Assembly: GCA_016748015.1 (NCBI GenBank)
Contig: JAAOMT010000134.1
Span: forward strand, 378,757-442,756
Source: Geosiphon pyriformis uo1
Taxonomy: Eukaryota; Fungi; Glomeromycota
Direction: 5' to 3'
DNA: 64,000 nucleotides
Shown: positions 61,501-64,000 of the stretch, piece by piece
How positions within the stretch are numbered: the stretch's first letter is position 1
How the letters are laid out: the number at the start of each line of letters is the position of its first letter
Program-made: the position numbers and the translations under genes
Notes under the pieces: model-generated
What the model saw: only the letters and a program-made list of their open reading frames with translations
Told to the model about the DNA's origin: nothing
The model's database searches: none

Positions 61501-64000
61501 TTCAGAAGAGACGAATCCGAGTTGTTCAGATATCTCTTTGCTCAATTCAAAGGACCCGTCATGTTTCTGAGTGGAGGCAATTGATTGGGCAGTTTCTAGA
61601 GTAGTTTTTGATGCAATTTCATTGATAACCGCTTTTTGAGTTTCCTCAGATTTGGAAGCTTTTTGAACAACAACTTTTTGGGTGGCTCGCTCGATCACGA
61701 ATTTTTCCGAAATTTCGAGAATCTCTTGTTCCAACTTTTCATCGTTAATTTCTGAATGAAGATAATGGGCAGCCTGCAAATATTTGTCTTTCAAGTGAGA
61801 TTCCTCTGAAGATGTAGTGTTCTTAAGGTAGGCAATAGTGACAGCGGTGGTCCACCAAGAGGTCGTTGCTGTTTTCTTAATCTTTTCACTAATCTCGTAT
61901 TGATGAATCGACGAGATGAGAGACTGAGTTGAAGTGATATCGAGCTCATCTGAGACCACCTTGCTTAATTCAAAAGATCCGTCCTTTCTTTGGGATGATA
62001 CAATGGTTTGAATGGTTTCCGAAGTTGTCTTTGATTTAATTTTTTCTAACGCAACTTTTTGCTCTTCACGTGAGTGCCAAGCCAAGCCGCCAATAGTCGT
62101 AGCGACACCAGTAGCAAGTCCAAGTCCAAGAATAGCACTCTTTGAGAACCATGACTCTCTTTCCTTTTCCTCATTCTTTTTTGTTATTTTTTCCTCTAAA
62201 TGAACTTCATTGACTTTAGCTGCGGTTTGAGCAACTTCTTTATGCGTTACCTTCTCTACCACAAATGTTTCAGAGACCTGCAAAATTTCTTCCTCTAATT
62301 TGGCGTCTTTGATCTCCAAGCTTAGGTATTTTCGGGCTTCGTCATATTTTGTTTGCCAGTGCGAATCGTGAACAGAAGCCTTCTTCAGATATGCAAGTGT
62401 GACGGCAGTTGTCCACCATGAGGCGTTTGCGGATTTCTTGAGCCGTTCACTGGTCGCATATTGCTGGATGGAGGTCACTAAAGTTTCAGACGATGAGACA
62501 TCCAATTTTTCAGAAATCACTTTATTCAACTCAAAGGAACCATCAGTTTTCTGTGAGGAGAGGATAATGTCAGTGGTTTCAAGGGTAGTTTTAGAAGCGA
62601 CATCATTCAGGACAGCTTTTTGAGTTTCTTGAGATTTGGAGGCTTTCTTGATAACTTCCTTCTGAGTAGCTTTCTCAACTACGAATTTATCCGAAACTTG
62701 AAGGATTTCCTCCTCTAATTTGGCATCACGAATTTCGAGACTCAAATACTTGCGAGCTTGATCATATTGGGATTTCCAATTAGCTTCATGAGCAGTCGAA
62801 GTTTGCTTCAAATAGGCGAGAGTAACAGCGGTTGTCCACCAGGAAGCCTTTGAAGATTTTTTAAGCTTTTCACTAACTTCATATTTTTGAATGGAGCTAA
62901 CTAAAGTTTCCGAGGAGGAGATGTCCAAATCTTCGGATACGACCTTGGTTAAATGGAATGAGCCGTCAGTTTTTTGGGCGGACACGATGCTCTGGGTGGT
63001 TTCCGCTGTTGTCTTGGATTGTATCTTAGCAATGGCAGCTTTTTGTTCTTCATGCGAATGCCATGTAAAACCACCTATAGCCGCCGTGGCAGCCGTGGCG
63101 ATACCTAGGCCGAGAACAGTACCCTTAGACAACCAGGATTCGCGTTCTTTCTGTTCTTTTTGTTGATTCAATTTTTGACCGAGATGCTCTTCGTGAACTT
63201 TGGTCGCAGTTTGAGAGACAGTTTTGAGGGTGACCTGTTCAATTACATAGGTATTTGATGCTCGCAGAATCTCCTCTTCCAATTTCGTGTCTTTGATCTC
63301 AGCGCTAAGATATTTTCGAGCCGCTTCGTATTTGGCTTTCCAGATAGAATCATGCGCAGCAGAAGTGTTCTTTAGGTAAGCAATAGTAATGGCCGTCGTC
63401 CACCATGAAGATTTAGCAGATTTCTTGAGCGTTTCGCTAGAAGTGTATTGATTAACTGACGCTATTAAATTATCAGACGAGGAAACGTGAAGTTGATCCG
63501 AAATCACTTTGTTTAATTCAAATGAGCCGTCAGTTTTTTGAGAAGAAATAATGGACTGAGTGGTTGCAAAAGTTGTGTCCTTGGAAATTTGCTTCAAAAC
63601 AGCTTCTTGAGTTTCCTTGTGCTGGGACGCACCAGTGACAATGACTTTTTTGGTAATTTTTTCAACAACAAACGTCTCAGAAATGTGCAAGATTTCTTCT
63701 TCTAGTTTTGCGTCATTGATTTGTGAACTAAGATACTTTCGGGCTTCATCGTGCTTAGCTTTCCAGACAGAATCATGAGTCGAGGAGGTTTTTTGAAGGT
63801 AAGCAAGGGTAACTGCAGTTGTCCACCACGAGGCTTTTGCTGAATTTTTAAGCTTTTCACTGATCTCATACTTTTGTACTGAAGCAACCAGTTTTTCGGT
63901 GGATGAAATGTCGAGCTGCTCGGCGATAACTTTACTCAATTCAAAAGATCCATCAGTCTTGTGAGATGACACAATTTTTTCAGCGGTCTCGACACTTGTT
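52576..64000 (-). CDS. Giant intronless repeat protein (>3,800 aa; N-terminus outside window): 22 QxxDGSF/WWTTA helical repeats, 10 Gly/Ala hydrophobic segments, C-terminal CipC/DUF3759-like domain
   Basis: Uninterrupted ORF 52576-63972. The frame stays open to the window edge (TSVETAEKIVSSHKTDGSF), so the track's start is an internal GTG. Confidence 0.92.
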   Translation of the reverse strand, partial: TSVETAEKIVSSHKTDGSFELSKVIAEQLDISSTEKLVASVQKYEISEKLKNSAKASWWTTAVTLAYLQKTSSTHDSVWKAKHDEARKYLSSQINDAKLEEEILHISETFVVEKITKKVIVTGASQHKETQEAVLKQISKDTTFATTQSIISSQKTDGSFELNKVISDQLHVSSSDNLIASVNQYTSSETLKKSAKSSWWTTAITIAYLKNTSAAHDSIWKAKYEAARKYLSAEIKDTKLEEEILRASNTYVIEQVTLKTVSQTATKVHEEHLGQKLNQQKEQKERESWLSKGTVLGLGIATAATAAIGGFTWHSHEEQKAAIAKIQSKTTAETTQSIVSAQKTDGSFHLTKVVSEDLDISSSETLVSSIQKYEVSEKLKKSSKASWWTTAVTLAYLKQTSTAHEANWKSQYDQARKYLSLEIRDAKLEEEILQVSDKFVVEKATQKEVIKKASKSQETQKAVLNDVASKTTLETTDIILSSQKTDGSFELNKVISEKLDVSSSETLVTSIQQYATSERLKKSANASWWTTAVTLAYLKKASVHDSHWQTKYDEARKYLSLEIKDAKLEEEILQVSETFVVEKVTHKEVAQTAAKVNEVHLEEKITKKNEEKERESWFSKSAILGLGLATGVATTIGGLAWHSREEQKVALEKIKSKTTSETIQTIVSSQRKDGSFELSKVVSDELDITSTQSLISSIHQYEISEKIKKTATTSWWTTAVTIAYLKNTTSSEESHLKDKYLQAAHYLHSEINDEKLEQEILEISEKFVIERATQKVVVQKASKSEETQKAVINEIASKTTLETAQSIASTQKHDGSFELSKEISEQLGFVSSETLVKSIQEYITTDRLKRSAQSSWWKTGITIAYLDQTAKEHDSIWRTKHDEARKYLREQINDDSLENEVLIVSKAFVVERLTHKAVSQTASKAHEAHLEEKKENSSWISKTALAGLGIVGGVSAIGGALAWHSQEKQKAALTEIQSKTTVDTTKVILSSQNKNGSFELSQVVLKELDISSSQTLVSLIEKYEVSETLKKTAKTSWWTTAITIAYLKNTSSAHDAVWQAKYDEARKYLRLEIKNNSLEEEILRVSDTFVVEKVTQKVLVTNASKSKETQESVIKELASKTSVETTKTILSSQKTDGSFELNKVISNQLNVSSSETLVSSVQSHTTSEKLRKTSKPSWWTTAVTLAYLKQTSTAHDSIWKAKYEEARKYLSNEINDSKLEEEILQVSETFVVEKVTQTTVAQTASKVQEAHQTHTNVKQQETKKLETKIQETKHAEEQKIESRLLKTGLLSGVGAALGGGIAWHSHEKQNAAIVELQKKTKPHTTQKVLSSHNHDGSFEFSKVIAEQLNVSSTETLVATLQKYELSEKLRKSAKTSWWTTAVTLAYLEKSSSAHDSVWKVKHDEARKYLSSQIKDVHLEEEILHVSELFVVEKITKKAVVEQAAKSTETQKTVIKNIASKTSVETVKSIASAQKYDGSFELSKDITKQLGFTSSETLIKSIQKYVTTEKLKRSAKQSWWTTAITISYLVQTAGTHDSIWKTKYNRARKYLHEQIQDTSLEEEILLVSKTFVVEKLTHKTVSETATKIHEEALDKKQEKKDDKSWLSKGATLGLGLATAATAAIGGLAWHSHEEQKAALAKVESTTTVETTQTIISSQKQDGSFEISQIISQELGISTSENLVTSIQQYEVSEKLKKSTKASWWTTAVTLAYLQKTASSHQSHWQAKYDEARKYLSLQINDVHLEEEILHVSENFVVEKITQKAVIQKASKSKETQTAVIQDIASKTSVKTTESIVSSQKHDGSFELSKEISEKLGFASSETLVKSIQEYITTEKLKRSAKSSWWTTGITIAYLDQTAKEHDSIWRTKHDEARKYLSEQIKDASLEDEVLVVSKAFVVEKLTHNVVSQTAIKVEEAHKKEEVAKKEDKKERESWISKSAALGLGLAGGVAATIGGLAWHSREEQKAALEKIQSKTTPETTQVIISSQKKNGSFELSKVISEELDITSTQSLVTSVQKYELSENLKKTAKTSWWTTAITIAYLKNVSSTHQSQWQVKYDEARRYLSAEINNATLEEEILKVSERFVIEKATQKVVIQNATKSENTQKVAIDQVASKTTTETVQSIVSHQKKDGSFELSTVISNQLNTSSTESLVKSVQQYATSEKLQKSSKASWWTTAVTLAYLKQTSTTHSSLWLAKYEEARKYLSTEIKDAELEKEILQVSESFVVEKITHQTVSQTAAKVHEAHIKEEVAKKTEKKERESWISKSSVLGLGLASGVAATIGGLAWHSHEEQKAALEKIQSKTTVETAQTIISSSHQQDGSFVLSKVISDELDINSTQSLVASINKYEVSEKLKKSAKTSWWTTAVTLAYLKNTSSAHQSHWQEQYDQARQYLKLEINDSKLEQEILGISEKFVVEKATQKVVIQKASKSKETQSAVIQDIASKTSVKTTESIISSQKHDGSFELSKEISEKLGFASSETLVKSIQGYITTEKLKRSAQSSWWTTGITIAYLDQTAKEHDSIWRTKHDEARKYLSEQIKDASLEDEVLVVSKAFVVEQLTHKAVSQTASKANEAHLEEKKENSSWLSQKATLLGLAAAGGAAAVGGTLAWHSQEKQQAVLNDIQSKTTVEKIETIASSQQQNGSFELSKVVLQELDITSSDTLVSSVQKYQISDKLKKSAKSSWWTTAVTIAYLQNTSSSHETHWKAKHDQAVQYLKSEINDAKLEEEILLVSEKFVIEKATQKALVSQATKSEQTQKLAISETASLTTVETTNSIISAQKHDGSFELSKVVSDHLNISSSETLVNSIVKYTNNEKLKKSAKSSWWTTAVTIAYLKKTSSAHNSLWQTKYDEARKYLSAEIKDAQLEQEILQVSETYVVEKITHKVVSKTAVEAEESLKSKISHGLSDTTSTISDIASSAGHFAKKTAGVTAIAGVAAAGLGGTALYFLGKKAHEGAEGIAASVKEGAHTLTEKITDKNKNTTGTVSSTQQGVETATGGAHTTQESLKETVDKTKTQTGGAHTTQESLKETVDKTKTQSSKIVGSETEQQVDLGNIKKVDQRKETQVTAVNTQQQQQQQQQQQQHNDDHEVKGKQKSSLVTAGIIGSIVAGTGALLWHSHEGQKQAVSEIQEKTTVETTQTVISSQKKNGSFELSQVVAQELDISSSESLVAAIHKHEISENLKKSAKPSWWTTAVTLAYLKKASANHQSHWQTEYEKARKYLKDEINDSTLEEEIIKTSEEFVVEKATQKLVVSKAASSSEIQEAVFNDIIASKTTVETAQSIISAQKDNGSFELTNVITDELDISSSENLITSVQNYEVSEKLKKSAKPTWWSTAVTLAYLKKTSSAHDSHWQAKYDEARNYLRHEIKDSKLEEEILQVSEKFVVEKVTRKVILQQGATQRKTTRKRIGDKKEYSQEKQEAILTAIQNSIPLEVAQEAISKQKQDGSFEISHQVSYQLQIEGDNFTDSIHEYQISDKLKKAAKPSWWQTAIVISYLEKTSVAHKQSWQEQSKLARQYLKNQIGDHELEKELLATSEKLVIEKVISSVEVTEHEIEVTEELKQEAIQKLRDTSSVEEIKSLVSAQQHNGSFTLHQSISNNLRITTNVLTSSIRQNVQSDRLRNLDSSVYETALTLVYIEEVHKSHEGHLKTEYERARSWIRAQIGDAALEQELLQATHHYFVEKSVSSFTSKGKWEKVEGESGWESERTVVHKTVSLNSEHLVAGAAAETICRYRHSREETHNRQAHNSDASQQLIEKLATEEVERLFKSKGIQGPREDITKRAIEAARFIVNEYVSDSNRCLASE
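54886..55011 (-). repeat. Exact 63-bp tandem duplication within the giant ORF (TGGAHTTQESLKETVDKTKTQ x2)
   Basis: Visible at both DNA and protein level. Confidence 0.95.

Noticed and set aside
52740-63887. Numerous short ORFs overlapping the giant gene and the retroelements in other frames
   Set aside because: Shadow ORFs of long coding sequences; no independent motifs.

Overview
AT-rich eukaryotic (fungal) DNA with short GT-AG introns. Gene content and transposon protein style suggest an early-diverging fungus, probably Glomeromycotina (Geosiphon-like); this assignment is an inference. The left half (1-31.8 kb) is mostly decayed retroelements. Two related Ty3/Gypsy LTR elements carry a dUTPase, a Cys-rich insert and an extra ORF after integrase, and both are nested in one LINE. 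There is also a second near-full-length LINE (APE-RT-RNase H), an ORF1-only LINE derivative, and two extremely AT-rich tracts. All elements show heavy C>T/G>A decay. A head-to-head ALKBH6/ZMAT5 gene pair sits inside this block. The right half holds intact host genes: MTR4 helicase, a Ran1/Ksp1-type kinase, NPR2 and a ZRC1/COT1 zinc transporter. It ends in an intronless ORF of >3,800 aa that runs off the window. That ORF is built from 22 QxxDGSF...WWTTA helical repeats punctuated by Gly/Ala hydrophobic segments, ends in a CipC/DUF3759-like domain, and appears Met-free. Best novelty candidates: (1) this giant repeat protein; (2) a ~400-nt multi-stem RNA structure, strand-polarised by G-U pairs, just downstream of the MTR4 stop; (3) the unusual Gypsy cargo and an internal LTR palindrome whose loop is inverted between the two LTRs of one element.
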